NCBI GenBank assembly: GCA_963663765.2
Contig: CAXXUA010000003.1
Span: 480,001 to 544,000, forward strand
Origin: Candidatus Poribacteria bacterium
GTDB lineage: Bacteria > Poribacteria > WGA-4E > WGA-3G
DNA length: 64,000 nt
Direction of reading: 5' to 3'
Within the stretch, counting starts at the first letter, position 1. Every line of letters begins with the position of its first letter. Positions 1 to 9,822 of the stretch are shown in pieces. The notes beneath the pieces are model-generated. The model saw only the letters and a program-made list of their open reading frames with translations, searched no databases and was not told the origin of the DNA. The position numbers and the translations under genes are program-made.

Positions 1-17
1 AAATAGGAGAAAATCAA

Positions 18-1430
18 ATGCAAAACCAACCAAATGTTATTTTTATTTTGACAGATGACCAGGGACCTTGGGCAGCAGGTTGTTGCGGTAACGATGAAGT
101 CCGCACACCTTTTATTGACCAACTTGCCTCAGAAGGGACACGTTTTCCCAATTTTTTCTGCACAACCCCCGTGTGTTCTCCAGCACGCGCGAGTCTGATG
201 ACGGGTCGTATCCCCTCAGCGCACGGTGTGCATGATTTTTGCCGTGACGGCAGCATGCCACCCAAAGCTGAACGTTACCTTGAAGGATTGACCTGCTATT
301 CTGATGTGCTTGCTGAAAACGATTACACCGTAGGTCTAAGCGGAAAGTGGCATCTCGGTGACAGTTTAACACCTCAACACGGATTTAGCCACTGGTTCGC
401 TTTACCATTAGGCGGAAGTAAATACAACAACGCCAACATGATTAGAGATGGAAAAGTAGAGAGGCAACCCGGCTATCTAACTGATGTAATCACCGATGAC
501 GCATTAAACTTCATTTCTGAAAATAAAGAGGGACCTTTTTATCTTAGCGTCAACTACAACGCGCCACATACACCGTTTAATGGACATCCGAAAGACATCG
601 TAGACTCCTACGATGATTGCCCATTCAAGACATGTCCACAAGAAGCATTACATCCTTGGGCAGGACGCGGAACAGCACAACACATGGGCAATCGTGCCTC
701 ATTAAAAGGATATTTCGCAGCGATTACGGCACTCGATCTTAACGTCGGACGCATTTTAGAACGGCTTGATGCGTTAAGTATCAGAGAAAATACCCTTGTA
801 GTCTTTAGTAGTGATAACGGTTATTCATGTGGACATCACGGATTTTGGCACAAAGGCAACGGCACATTCCCTCTGAATATGTACGAAAATTCGGTGAAAG
901 TTCCTTTTATCATTAGCCAACCCGGAAGAATTCCTGAGGGACGCACCAGTGAAGCAATGGTAAGTCAATACGATTTCATGCCCACACTGCTGGATTATCT
1001 CGATCTACCCGACCCAAATGACGATCTGTCACCGGGTAAAAGTTTTGTCCCTGCACTCAACAGGGAAACAAACGATGCACAAGATAGGGTTGTCGTCTTT
1101 GATGAATATGGTCCTGTCCGTATGATACGCACGCAAGAGTGGAAATATGTTCACCGCTATCCTTACGGTCCACATGAATTGTATGACTTGGCGAAAGACC
1201 CGGACGAACGGAAAAACCTGATTGATGATAGATCTCAAAGAGCACTGATTAGCGATATGCGGAAACAGATGGGAGCATGGTTTGAACGTTACGTCATCCC
1301 ACGTTTAGATGGTTCAAGATTTGGTGTTACGGGTGGAGGACAGGCTGCTAAAATAGGCAATGGAGTGTATGGTGAAGATGCCTTCAAAATCAGGAACCAA
1401 AACCGTATACAAGATGGACAGAATAGATAG
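18..1430 (+). CDS. Sulfatase (formylglycine-dependent, choline/arylsulfatase-like)
   Basis: N-terminal PNVIFILTDD, CSPAR (CxPxR) motif, GKWHLG, SDNG; AGGAG RBS upstream. Confidence 0.93.
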   Translation: MQNQPNVIFILTDDQGPWAAGCCGNDEVRTPFIDQLASEGTRFPNFFCTTPVCSPARASLMTGRIPSAHGVHDFCRDGSMPPKAERYLEGLTCYSDVLAENDYTVGLSGKWHLGDSLTPQHGFSHWFALPLGGSKYNNANMIRDGKVERQPGYLTDVITDDALNFISENKEGPFYLSVNYNAPHTPFNGHPKDIVDSYDDCPFKTCPQEALHPWAGRGTAQHMGNRASLKGYFAAITALDLNVGRILERLDALSIRENTLVVFSSDNGYSCGHHGFWHKGNGTFPLNMYENSVKVPFIISQPGRIPEGRTSEAMVSQYDFMPTLLDYLDLPDPNDDLSPGKSFVPALNRETNDAQDRVVVFDEYGPVRMIRTQEWKYVHRYPYGPHELYDLAKDPDERKNLIDDRSQRALISDMRKQMGAWFERYVIPRLDGSRFGVTGGGQAAKIGNGVYGEDAFKIRNQNRIQDGQNR

Positions 1431-1447
1431 CCAACAGATCTATCTGA

Positions 1448-1735
1448 CAGGTCTTACGTAGTTTTCATGATCCAATCAAGAATTAAGACGAAAACGATGT
1501 AATTTTCAGCATTTTTTAGGTTTCCGGCGCGCTTACAAAGCACTAAATCAAGAAATCAACGGTATGAATGCCTTTTGGCATTCCCCCAAATCAACGCCGA
1601 ATGCGCCTATGGCATTCGGCGGGTATGAATGCCTTTTGGCATTCCCCCAAATCAACGCCGAATGCGCCTATGGCATTCGGCGGGTATGAATGCCATAGGC
1701 GCATTCACCGCCTACCGTTGGGTGCGTAAGTCCTG
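1448..1735. mobile_element. MITE with IS701-type ends, carrying nested hairpin modules
   Basis: Ends CAGGTCTTACGTA / TGCGTAAGTCCTG match the TIRs of the IS at 15137-16227; 5-bp TSD TCTGA (1443-1447, 1736-1740). Confidence 0.9.
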
Positions 1736-1773
1736 TCTGATTCAGATGTAGTTTCAAATATATAAGGAGTGAT

Positions 1774-2619
1774 ATGGCGAGTGCGTTTGCCCCTGGCAAC
1801 ATTTCGTGTGTCTTTAAAATCATCCCGCACACAGACCCAGCACGTATGCATTCTCTCGGCATGGGTTTTACTATCAAAGAAGGCGTCCAAGTTTCCGTTT
1901 CTGAACATCATAAAACCAAGGTACTGTTCAACAACAAGGACATCACATTTCCGACTGTTCGCACTGTGGTTCATCAACTCATACAAGACACTGATACTCC
2001 AGGTGTAGTCGTAGACTTGGCTTCACCATTACCTTTGGGATGTGGTTTCGGTTTGAGTGGTGCGGCTGCCCTTGCCACAGCATACGCGTTAAACGCACTG
2101 ATTAAGTTGCGTAAAGACAATGAAGAATTAGCAATGGTTGCACATGTGGCTGAAGTTGAAAATCGAACCGGATTAGGTGACGTATGTTCACAATACCACG
2201 GGGGATGCCTGGTGAAGTTGACGGAAGGCGCACCCTTACACGCAGACAAGTTGCCGATACCCGAACAACCTATCTACTATCGGTATTTTGGACCGATACA
2301 AACAAGCGAAGTTCTCAGAGACACTGAACAAACAAAACGTATCAACAGAGCAGCGGATACAACGTTAGCTATTTTGAAAAAACTTAGACGTACCCAGTCA
2401 AATCCTGAATTGTTTACTGAATGTTTTGCAGTTGCAAAGCAATTTTCAGTAGATAGTGGGTTGTTAAGCGATACACGTGTGATAAATACAATCGCACAGA
2501 TAGAGGCTGCAGGTGGCGCCGCATCTATGATAATGTTGGGTAACGGGGTTTTCAGCACACATGCATTTAATGGTGCTACAGAAACGTATCTTGTTAATAA
2601 TCCTGCACGACTCATCTAA
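1774..2619 (+). CDS. GHMP-family kinase, archaeal pantoate kinase-like
   Basis: AFAPGNIS N-terminus, PLGCGFGLSGA GHMP motif, AHVAEVENRTGLGDV, ASMIMLGNGVF; AAGGAG RBS. Confidence 0.8.
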   Translation: MASAFAPGNISCVFKIIPHTDPARMHSLGMGFTIKEGVQVSVSEHHKTKVLFNNKDITFPTVRTVVHQLIQDTDTPGVVVDLASPLPLGCGFGLSGAAALATAYALNALIKLRKDNEELAMVAHVAEVENRTGLGDVCSQYHGGCLVKLTEGAPLHADKLPIPEQPIYYRYFGPIQTSEVLRDTEQTKRINRAADTTLAILKKLRRTQSNPELFTECFAVAKQFSVDSGLLSDTRVINTIAQIEAAGGAASMIMLGNGVFSTHAFNGATETYLVNNPARLI

Positions 2620-2678
2620 AACATAAGTTTTGCGTTTTATGCTAAAGTATCTCACGACTTGTGCCAGTTACCCAATTT

Positions 2679-2842
2679 ATTCCATTTTCATGTGATAATG
2701 TCTCATTAGCAGCGGAAATCTGGTAGGAGCGATCTCACGGTCGCGACCAGCAAATCAACGGTATGAATGCCTTTTGGCATTCCCCGGGTCGCTCCTACCA
2801 GATCTCTGCTGCAAATGAGACATAATACAATAGAAATGGTAT
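2679..2842. mobile_element. Palindromic copy of the ATACC...GGTAT MITE family, with REP pair and inserted hairpin module
   Basis: Left part nearly identical to the copies at 26976 and 52856; right part is an inverted copy of the left end. Confidence 0.75.
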
Positions 2843-2882
2843 TTTTTAGCAAAACTCGTTATCTCAACATGTTGGATTTGAT

Positions 2883-4850
2883 ATGAGAATAATAATCACA
2901 CTTTTCCTCGCGTTTTTTGCAACATCTTCAGCTTACTGTACGGTGACTATAGAAGACGTAACATTAGGATTCAACAAGGGATATAAGACAGGGAAATGGA
3001 CACCATTAAACGTTACCGTGCGTAGCCAAAATGAACCCAGCACATTTAGCGGAGAAGTCGTTGTTGAAGTTCGTAACATCATCTCAGATCAACCTATATA
3101 CCGTTATGCGACACCACTGCGTTTGAACAAAACTGACCAAAAACACAAGACTCTTTATATCTACTGTCCAAAAACCGTAATAAACGTTGCCATTCAAATT
3201 GTTGGAACAAAAAAATCTGATGAGGGAATTGAGGCATCGATTGCAGCCCTGCTTGCGACGCATGCAATTGTCCCGCCAACACCAATTGCAAACAAAGACT
3301 ACTTCGTCCTTGTTTTAGCTCCAAGCGGAGATAAACTCCAGAATTTCATTGACAATAATCCGTTAGATGATGAAAACACGCAAGCACACATCAAGTACCT
3401 CCCAAATGCAAACGCATTACCGATAAAATGGATAGGTTATGATGCCGTTGATATAATGGTTATTCGTGAAGTATCCTTATCCGATAGACGTATCTCAAAA
3501 TCACAACAAACTGCACTGTTAGCATGGGTGCAGCGTGGAGGTACACTCATCGTTTCTGGTGGTAGTAACTTTTCTTATCTGAAAGGTAGTTTTATTGAAC
3601 AGCATCTTCCAGTCAAATTGATACGTGAAATGACAATTGATAAAATGCCTTTAGTCTTACAACAACAATTCGGTTCCGATGTTAGTCCCACTGATAAGGG
3701 AGATTTAGAGGGTTCACCGTTTAAGGTCATTCAATTTGAACCTAAACCAGAATGTCACACTTTACTCGGTACAGATAAACAGATTTACATCGCGAAACGC
3801 GCTTTGGGAAGTGGACAAATCATTAGTCTTGCTTTTGACTACAATGCACCATCATTTTCAGACAAGAGAGTAGGTGAAACATTATGGCGATGGCTACTTA
3901 CCAAACACGGAAAATCACCCAAACTGTTATCTGAAAGGTATTCGCCATTTCGGCAGCACGAGGAGAAAATACAAAAACAATTTCTCTCTAAAATGCCCAC
4001 TCAAGTTCCCATTATCAAACTACTATCAGGAATATTACCGTTATACATACTCTGTCTTGGTGGGATGACCTTCTATTTTGGTAGACGCAACCACCCACTG
4101 CAAAAGAGATTTCGCAGTTATTGGATGAGTGGGTTAATATTCGTGTTAGTCTCCGTTAGCGCGATCGGTGTTGCGCGAACAATTTTACCTAAAAAAATAA
4201 TAACAGAACACTTTTCAATCTTATCAATTTTTCCTGAAATAAATAATGCTAATATCCAGAGTTATGTTTCGTTGAGGGTTGCTGCACGAACAAATACACA
4301 CATGCCACTTACACAAGATACCGTCATTCGACCTTTAGAATATAGGAATATATCGAATCCATCGCAATTCTTTCAAGGCATACCGTTTCAGCAACGAGAT
4401 GTCATCATAGAACCGTGGAATCCTTCCAATTATTTGAAAGAGACATTCTTCCCATTGGACATACAAAAAACTGATATAACATTAGAAAATACATGGCGAA
4501 TTACAAATGAAGCATCAACCTATTTAGGAACAGTTACTCTTGGAAAGAATAAACTATCGTCATCAGAGTCATCAAACGAAACGATACGAAAAATACCATC
4601 TTTGAAAGGTCTTGATGGAACACGAAAAGAGTTTGCTAAAATCTTACAACAGGAAGGTCTACTACAATATCTGTTGCACGAAAAAAGTGAACTTATTATT
4701 GACAATACACCGCAACGTAAGGTATTAATTGGTTGGACGTCACAGTTAGAACAAATTTTAGCAGGTAATCCTAAAATCTCAACAAGTGAAAACTTTTCCT
4801 CAAATGGTGAAACTTTAGTTATTATGTATCTTGATGAAACAGATTTATGA
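2883..4850 (+). CDS. Exported/membrane protein with class I glutamine amidotransferase-like domain
   Basis: Signal peptide; GYDAVDIMVI...LLAWVQRGGTLIVSGG and LGSGQII GATase-like fold motifs; two TM segments near aa 380-435. Confidence 0.65.
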   Translation: MRIIITLFLAFFATSSAYCTVTIEDVTLGFNKGYKTGKWTPLNVTVRSQNEPSTFSGEVVVEVRNIISDQPIYRYATPLRLNKTDQKHKTLYIYCPKTVINVAIQIVGTKKSDEGIEASIAALLATHAIVPPTPIANKDYFVLVLAPSGDKLQNFIDNNPLDDENTQAHIKYLPNANALPIKWIGYDAVDIMVIREVSLSDRRISKSQQTALLAWVQRGGTLIVSGGSNFSYLKGSFIEQHLPVKLIREMTIDKMPLVLQQQFGSDVSPTDKGDLEGSPFKVIQFEPKPECHTLLGTDKQIYIAKRALGSGQIISLAFDYNAPSFSDKRVGETLWRWLLTKHGKSPKLLSERYSPFRQHEEKIQKQFLSKMPTQVPIIKLLSGILPLYILCLGGMTFYFGRRNHPLQKRFRSYWMSGLIFVLVSVSAIGVARTILPKKIITEHFSILSIFPEINNANIQSYVSLRVAARTNTHMPLTQDTVIRPLEYRNISNPSQFFQGIPFQQRDVIIEPWNPSNYLKETFFPLDIQKTDITLENTWRITNEASTYLGTVTLGKNKLSSSESSNETIRKIPSLKGLDGTRKEFAKILQQEGLLQYLLHEKSELIIDNTPQRKVLIGWTSQLEQILAGNPKISTSENFSSNGETLVIMYLDETDL

Positions 4851-4910
4851 ATGCAACCTCAAATCTTAACTGACATTAAGCAAACAAGTACGGGAAATAT
4901 AGGAAAAATT

Positions 4911-6476
4911 ATGAATACTAACATGACTCAAATTGAAAATAAACTATGGAGTGCTGCTGATGAATTAAGAGCCAATTCAAGTCTCAAAGGATCCGAATAC
5001 TCTACTCCTGTTTTAGGACTAATCTTTTTAAAATACGCTGACTATAAATTCAAACAGGTACAACAAGAACTCAACGCAGAAACACCTTCGGGGACACGAA
5101 TACGAATTGATGAAAGAACACAATTCCAAGCAAGAGGTGCTTTTTATTTGCCAAAAGAAGCAAGATTCCAACATCTTCTGAATTTACCGGAAAGTGACAA
5201 CATTGGACAATCTATCACCAATGCAATGAAAGCTATTGAAGCTGAGAACAAACAGGTCGAAGGTGTTTTGCCCAAAAACTACAATCGCCTTGCAAAAAAT
5301 ACCCTCATAGAACTCCTACGTATTATGGAACAAATTTCAATGGATATTGAGGGAGATGCATTCGGTAAGGTCTATGAATACTTTCTCGGTAATTTTGCTA
5401 TGAGTGAGGGGCAAAAAGGTGGTGAGTTCTTCACTCCGACTTCATTGGTTAAACTCATCGTTGAAATACAGCAACCATTTCATGGACGTATTCTTGACCC
5501 CGCGTGTGGATCCGGTGGCATGTTCGTTCAAAGTGAGGAGTTCATTCGGAATCACACACAAAATGGTAATCAAGGACATATTAGCATTCATGGTGTTGAA
5601 CGGGTGAATGAGACTATAAGACTCTGCAAGATGAACCTTGCAGTGCATGGACATGAAGGGGACATAAGGCAAGCGAACAGTTATTATGAAGATCCGCATA
5701 AGTCCTTAGGTAAATTTGATTTTGTGATGGCGAATCCACCCTTTAATGTGGACAGAGTAGATATGGAACGTATAAAGGATGATCCACGATTTCCCTTCGG
5801 CATGCCACGCGTAGATAACGCTAATTATATTTGGATACAGTTGTTTATGAGCTCGTTGAACGATACCGGTAAAGCGGGTTTTGTGATGGCAAACTCCGCT
5901 GCAGACGCACGCTCCTCCGAATTAGAAATTCGCAAACAGATGATTGAATCTCGCGTTGTTGATGTGATGATAAGCATTGCCTCAAATTTCTTTTACACGG
6001 TAACGCTACCGTGTACTCTCTGGTTCTTTGATAAGTCTAAAAAGGATACCGACAGACACGATAAAGTGTTATTCATTGATGCACGCAGTCTCTATCATCA
6101 AGTCAGTCGCGCACATCGTGAGTTCACTCCCATGCAACTCGAATTCTTGGCAAACATAGCTCGCCTTTACCGAAACGAAAACCCTGAAAATAGTCACGAA
6201 AGCGAGGAACTCCTAAATACCAAATTCCCTGATGGAGTATACGTTGATGTCCCCGGTCTATGCAAAGTTGCTACCGTAGAAGAAATTGAAGCACAAGGAT
6301 GGAGCTTAAACCCCGGACGTTATGTCGGTGTCGCAACGCAGGAAACAGAGGATTATGACTTCACGCAACGGTTCATAGAACTCAATGAGGAATTAGAAAT
6401 CCTAAACGCAGAGGCACACCAACTTGAAGAGCGTATCGCAGAGAATGTTGCGAAGATTTTAGAGTATACGGTATAA
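4911..6476 (+). CDS. hsdM: Type I restriction-modification methyltransferase subunit M
   Basis: [10 protein letters not shown]-terminus, [15 protein letters not shown] (motif I), NPPF (motif IV); start 4911 preferred over 4851. Confidence 0.95.
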   Translation: MNTNMTQIENKLWSAADELRANSSLKGSEYSTPVLGLIFLKYADYKFKQVQQELNAETPSGTRIRIDERTQFQARGAFYLPKEARFQHLLNLPESDNIGQSITNAMKAIEAENKQVEGVLPKNYNRLAKNTLIELLRIMEQISMDIEGDAFGKVYEYFLGNFAMSEGQKGGEFFTPTSLVKLIVEIQQPFHGRILDPACGSGGMFVQSEEFIRNHTQNGNQGHISIHGVERVNETIRLCKMNLAVHGHEGDIRQANSYYEDPHKSLGKFDFVMANPPFNVDRVDMERIKDDPRFPFGMPRVDNANYIWIQLFMSSLNDTGKAGFVMANSAADARSSELEIRKQMIESRVVDVMISIASNFFYTVTLPCTLWFFDKSKKDTDRHDKVLFIDARSLYHQVSRAHREFTPMQLEFLANIARLYRNENPENSHESEELLNTKFPDGVYVDVPGLCKVATVEEIEAQGWSLNPGRYVGVATQETEDYDFTQRFIELNEELEILNAEAHQLEERIAENVAKILEYTV

Positions 6477-6477
6477 T
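6448..6477 (+). promoter_or_regulatory. Putative sigma70 promoter in the hsdM tail, upstream of the TA module
   Basis: TTGCGA-18 bp-TATAAT overlapping the hsdM stop; duplicated at about 9070-9099. Confidence 0.5.
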
Positions 6478-6493
6478 ATGGTGAGGTAGAATT

Positions 6494-6850
6494 TTGAGTG
6501 AATCAATGAAAAAGGTGAAGTGGGTTGGTGATTCCCGTGTGCAAGTTAGAAATTTTCCAAAAGCTGCGAGAACAATAATTGGTGAAGTATTACAGGCTGC
6601 TCAATCCGGACTTAAACACAAGAATGCCAAACCGTTGCGTGGAATAGGTTCAGGTGTATTTGAGATTACTGCTCGTTACGACACGAATACCTATCGAGCA
6701 GTTTATACTGTCAAGTTGGGTGAGAATATCTATGTGCTTCACACATTCCAGAAGAAATCCACGCTTGGTATCCGCACACCTAAAAGGGAAATTGATTTGA
6801 TTAAAGAACGTCTGAAAATGGCACAGGTTATGGAGGATAACAATGAATAA
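6494..6850 (+). CDS. RelE/HigB-superfamily toxin (Gp49-like), copy 1, intact
   Basis: AKPLRGIGSGVFEI, YRAVYTVKLGENIYVLHTFQKKS, TPKREIDLIKERL; toxin-first order overlapping an HTH gene. Confidence 0.88.
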   Translation: MSESMKKVKWVGDSRVQVRNFPKAARTIIGEVLQAAQSGLKHKNAKPLRGIGSGVFEITARYDTNTYRAVYTVKLGENIYVLHTFQKKSTLGIRTPKREIDLIKERLKMAQVMEDNNE

Positions 6851-7241
6851 AGAAATTAAAATTGAGGAAAGTTCAGGCAATGTGTTTTTAGACATCGGTT
6901 TTTCTAAAGAAGAAGCTGAGCGTGAACAGTTAAGGGTGAATCTCGTGATTAAAATCTATCGTCTACTTGAGGAACTAAAACTCACGCCAGCAAAAGCAGA
7001 GGATCGTTTTGGACTCAATCCATCTGATGTGGAACGTATACAGAACGGAGATTTCGATTTTAAAGTGGATAAACTTTTTACAATCTTGAATCAGTTGAAC
7101 CGCGACGTTGAAATTCATATTAAAACCTTCAGACGAAAAAGGCGGACACCAGCGAGTCGTTGCAACTTCATGATCTATCCTACCAAAATCAAATTCTATG
7201 CCAAAATCAAATTCTATGCCAAAATCAAATTCTATGATTGA
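6843..7241 (+). CDS. HigA-like XRE HTH antitoxin, copy 1, C-terminus frameshifted
   Basis: EESSGNVFLDIGF motif; an extra A near 7122-7125 relative to the paralogue at 9466-9798 shifts the last ~14 codons and reads through an 18-bp repeat. Confidence 0.8.
   Translation: MNKEIKIEESSGNVFLDIGFSKEEAEREQLRVNLVIKIYRLLEELKLTPAKAEDRFGLNPSDVERIQNGDFDFKVDKLFTILNQLNRDVEIHIKTFRRKRRTPASRCNFMIYPTKIKFYAKIKFYAKIKFYD
7183..7236 (+). repeat. 18-bp tandem repeat x3 (CCAAAATCAAATTCTATG)
   Basis: Three exact copies; a single related copy precedes the hsdS ATG at 9823. Confidence 0.95.
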
Positions 7242-7843
7242 GACGGAGAGAAAGTATATAACAGCATGAATACATAGCAGAACGTAACGCATAAATGACT
7301 TAGGACAGATAATCACAGGTTCTACTCCACCGACAAAAAAAACTAAGTATTACGGTAATAAATATCCCTTTATCACTCCAAAAGATATAGAAATAAATTC
7401 TCGCATTGTTCAAACCGATCGATTCCTATCACAGAATGGGTTTGAATACAATAAGAATCGCTTGTTCCTTGCAATGCAATATGTGTGACATGCATTGGTA
7501 GCAGTCTGGGTAAGATATGCATGACAACTGTTCCCAGTGTAACAAACCAGCAAATCAACAGCATTGTAGTGGATCAACATAAAACACAATCCGTACTTTG
7601 TTTATTATCTTTTCAGAACTATGTCAAAAGTCCTTCATAATTTCGCGGGGCGGTGTTGCAACTCCCATAGTCAATAAATCAACATTTGCAAATCTTGAGG
7701 CGTGTGTGCCGCCACTCCCAACGTAACAAAAAATCGCCTCCATCCTCAGCACCTACGACAACCTCATAGAAAACTACACCCGCCACATCAAAATCCTTGA
7801 AGACATGGCACAAACCCTCTACAGAGAATGGTTCGTCCACTAC
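7234..7843 (+). pseudogene. hsdS: hsdS fragment: alternative N-terminal TRD plus central conserved region, degraded and cut by ISAs1
   Basis: Manual translation across frameshifts gives LGQIITGSTPPTKKTKYYGNKYPFITPKDI and CIGSSLGKICMT..TNQQINSIV; 7730-7843 nearly identical to hsdS 10300-10413; in-frame TAG/TAA present. Confidence 0.88.
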
Positions 7844-8552
7844 CAGAGGCTTTCAATTGTCAATATTAGTTGGGCGTATGTCTGTATATATCAGATATAG
7901 CGTGACTTCTCACGTTATATCTGATATACTTTACCTCAAAATTCATATAAGCATTTATGCTTTGGAGGTAAAAATGACGAAAAAAGAATCTCGCCATCTA
8001 CTTGATATGTTAGCAGAAGTTCCTGATAAACGCAACCCAAGAGGAAAACGACATCCGCTACCCGCTATTTTAGGTCTTTCTGTGGTCGCCATGATGTGTG
8101 GATATCATAGTTATAGTGCCATCGCAGAATGGGGGAGCACTTATCCACCCGAACTCGCTGTAACCCTTGGGTTCACCCATCAGAAGACACCCTGTGCCTC
8201 AACACTCCATTATTGTTTCAAAAAGTTAGACATCAGTGCTTTAGAAAAAACACTCAGCGAGTGGGCAGCTGAGGTGTTCGCTACAATTGACATAGAAGAT
8301 AAGGACACAGTCGCCATAGATGGCAAAACCTTATGTGGAAGTCTCACTCAAGATGCTCAAATCACACACCTGTTATCTGTTGTAACGCATCAACTCGGCA
8401 TAACCCTCACACAGCGTCCCGTGTCTGACAAAACTAATGAAATCCCTATTACTTCACGCATCCTTGAAGCGTTTGATGTCGCAGGAAAGGTAGTAACAAC
8501 AAATGCACTTTTTACTCAACGTAAGTTTTGTCAAGATTTATGTGATGCGGAT
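7844..8552 (+). mobile_element. ISAs1-family element, 3'-truncated (transposase ATG at 7974)
   Basis: Left TIR CAGAGGCTTTCAATTGTC; PDKRNPRGKRHPL, AIDGKTLCGS, KTNEIP ISAs1 motifs; VVTTNAL where D is expected; cut by a MITE at 8553. Confidence 0.9.
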
Positions 8553-8911
8553 CAGGGTTATTTAGTTTTAAGAGTTTTCTGTTATTGAGATTTACTGAAA
8601 GTTAATACCCAGGTTCGATTTCCTAACTGCACTTTATACATCAGTTTTAGATTATTGAAACCTGAACATCGGTCTTTAGTCCCGTAGGGACGATATGTTT
8701 ATAGAAAACGAGTAACCTCCCCAGTTCTTTAGTCCCGTAGGGACGATATGTTTATTCCTCTACGCCGTTCCTACTGAACTCAAGAGAGGTAGATAACATT
8801 TTTCTATAAACATATCGTCCCTACGGGACTAAAGACATGGACAAGAAGGCAACACATAAATTAACGTCATAGCAAAAAATCATCAATAATACCTAAAACT
8901 AAATAACCCTG
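8553..8911. mobile_element. MITE with CAGGGTTATTYAGTTTT ends (ISAs1-like termini) containing CCCGTAGGGAC hairpins
   Basis: Perfect 17-bp TIRs; similar copy at 34737-35096; no TSD here, consistent with an adjacent deletion. Confidence 0.85.
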
Positions 8912-8920
8912 GCGTATTGC

Positions 8921-9051
8921 CAGAGGCATTCAATTGTCACTTAAGTTTCTTGTGGGAGGGGTTTGTAACCCCGATTGCTTGAGTAGAATCGGCTCCCGAA
9001 TCGCGAAAATCACCAAAAAATTAGGAAAAATTCGACAATTGAATGCCTCTG
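8921..9051. mobile_element. MITE sharing TIRs with the ISAs1 at 7844
   Basis: TIR CAGAGGCATTCAATTGTC / GACAATTGAATGCCTCTG; 10-bp TSD GGCGTATTGC (8911-8920, 9052-9061). Confidence 0.9.
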
Positions 9052-9052
9052 G

Positions 9053-9099
9053 GCGTATTGCAGAGAATGTTGCGAACATTTTAGAGTATACGGTATAAT
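9053..9099 (+). repeat. Duplicate of the hsdM 3' end (6431-6477)
   Basis: 47 bp with 2 mismatches, including the stop codon and TATAAT. Confidence 0.92.
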
Positions 9100-9116
9100 G
9101 TTAAAAGCGTCAAATT

Positions 9117-9473
9117 ATGAATGAAGCAATGAAAGATGTAATATGGGTTGGTGATTCCCGTGTGCAAGTTAGAAATTTTCCCAAAGCCGCGAGAACAAAG
9201 GTAGGTTGAGCATTAAGTATCGCTCAAATGGGGGGTAAAGACGAAAACGCAAAACCACTACGGGGAGTAGGTTCAGGTATATTTGAGATCACTGTTCGTT
9301 ACGATACGAATGCTTATCGCGCAGTTTATACTGTCAAGTTGGGTGAAAATATCTATGTGCTTCATGCATTCCAGAAGAAATCCACGCGTGGTATCCGCAC
9401 ACCTAAAAGGGAAATTGATTTGATTAAACAGCGACTGAAAATAGCACAGGAAATGGAGGCAAAAAATGAGTGA
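9117..9473 (+). pseudogene. RelE/HigB-like toxin copy 2 with nonsense codon
   Basis: MNEAMKDVIWVGDSRVQVRNFPKAARTKVG then in-frame TGA (9207-9209), continuing in frame into ORF 9228-9473; paralogue of 6494-6850. Confidence 0.88.
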
Positions 9474-9798
9474 AGAAATTAAAATTGAAGAAAGTTCAGG
9501 CAATGTGTTTTTAGACATCGGTTTCTCTGAAGAGGAAGCGGAACGTGAGTTGTTAAGGGTAAATCTCGCCTATGCAATCCACTGCCTACTTAAAGAACTG
9601 AAACTGACACCAGCAAAAGCGTCGACACGTTTCGGACTTGATCCGAATGATGTGAAACGTCTGAAGAAGGTGAATTTTGAGGATTTTACTGTAGAACGTC
9701 TGCTTACGATTCTGAAAAGACTAAACCGAGACGTTGAAATTCATATTAAGCCTTCCAACGAAAAAGGCAGACACCTGCGAGTCGTTACGACTTCATGA
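9466..9798 (+). CDS. HigA-like XRE HTH antitoxin, copy 2, intact
   Basis: EESSGNVFLDIGF, FTVERLLTILKRLNRDVEI; overlaps the toxin stop. Confidence 0.87.
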   Translation: MSEEIKIEESSGNVFLDIGFSEEEAERELLRVNLAYAIHCLLKELKLTPAKASTRFGLDPNDVKRLKKVNFEDFTVERLLTILKRLNRDVEIHIKPSNEKGRHLRVVTTS

Positions 9799-9822
9799 TC
9801 TATCCTCCCATAATCAAAATCT

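Noticed and set aside
7797-7973. HsdS-transposase fusion suggested by ORF 7797-8588
   Set aside because: The upstream extension is out of frame with hsdS and crosses the IS end; a GGAGG RBS supports a start at 7974.
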